Assembly: GCF_000143415.4 (NCBI RefSeq)
Contig: NW_003314420.1
Coordinates: 128,123-192,122 of the forward strand
Reading direction: 5' to 3'
DNA from: Selaginella moellendorffii
Lineage: Eukaryota > Plantae > Lycopodiophyta
Length of the DNA: 64,000 nt
A model generated the notes under the pieces. It was not told the DNA's origin, did no database searches, and saw only the letters and a program-made list of their open reading frames with translations. Position numbers and translations under genes: made by a program. How positions within the stretch are numbered: position 1 is the first letter of the stretch; every line of letters begins with the position of its first letter. Positions 63,455-64,000 of the stretch are shown here, in pieces.

Positions 63455-64000
63455 TCATTGTACTTCACATACAAAAGCATCCTGTACGAACTCGTCCAGT
63501 AGACTTTCAAAAATCTGCTCACAGATGTCGGTTGCAATAACTAGGTCTTCTTCATCAGTAGGATAGGCTTCGGCCTGGATAAAACAAGTTGAGCAATAAA
63601 AATCCAGAACGCTCATGATTTTGTCAGTCACAACTGTAGCAACCTCCCAGTGAGAGAGAAGTGCATGTTTAAGATGTGGCATGCCCAAGTACCCGGTCAT
63701 AAACTCATAAAGAGCCTTGCTAAACATCTTGCAACTCTGATAGTTTGGGTGTCGCTGCAGCGGAGAGGAGCAAGAGGACGACGTGTTGAGCTCTACAAAC
63801 TTCAATGCAAACTTTAGAACGTAATCCTTTTTGCTGCTCGGTCCTGCTGGCCCACCACATAGTATTTGATCCCAGGTTACTTTTTTTGTCAAAAACCTTT
63901 CTATATTTAGCCGAGATGAAAGATTTTCCTGAAGCGGTAAATTTGTTAGATTGCTTTGTGGGTTCCTCTGGTGCTTCACAAGGCGCATCTGCAATTTCAT
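63455..64000 (-). CDS. 3' end of a gene with a DUF4378 (TRM/LONGIFOLIA)-like C-terminus, partial
   Basis: Open 181-codon frame ending VIATDICEQIFESLLDEFVQD, resembling the E..IF..L.DE terminal motif. Confidence 0.45.
   Translation of the reverse strand: MKLQMRLVKHQRNPQSNLTNLPLQENLSSRLNIERFLTKKVTWDQILCGGPAGPSSKKDYVLKFALKFVELNTSSSCSSPLQRHPNYQSCKMFSKALYEFMTGYLGMPHLKHALLSHWEVATVVTDKIMSVLDFYCSTCFIQAEAYPTDEEDLVIATDICEQIFESLLDEFVQDAFVCEVQ

Overview
Eukaryotic land-plant DNA. A cilia-associated LRRC9-like gene with ~50-bp introns, TTTAGGG repeats and tRNA-Met PBS elements suggest a flagellated-sperm plant such as the lycophyte Selaginella (inference). Layout: 1-4.1 kb, 5' part of a multi-exon LRRC9-like gene (-). 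4.5-40.4 kb, a nested retroelement island with chromodomain Ty3/gypsy pol and gag relics, three LTR families (called A, C and D here), a TRIM plus its solo LTR, and a 6.9-kb TIR DNA transposon (Sola/DUF7869-like) inserted in an RT gene. 40.4-45.7 kb, a same-strand mosaic of decayed gene fragments (plastid PDH E1-alpha, ACBP4-like kelch, SGR2-like DDHD lipase, CFIm25) with a second TRIM. 47.3-55.1 kb, an intact, young, non-coding LARD-type LTR element. Then a perfect 55-bp hairpin, a truncated LARD copy, a CYP88/KAO-like pseudogene and the 3' end of a DUF4378-like gene. The most unusual signal is two short GT-AG intron-like inserts inside the chromovirus integrase whose exact removal restores conserved motifs. 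Next are the TIR element with >=15 dispersed copies of a 22-bp palindrome and the tRNA T-arm/B-box hairpin cassettes in the non-autonomous LTR elements. All family assignments come from motif recognition by eye; no searches were run.
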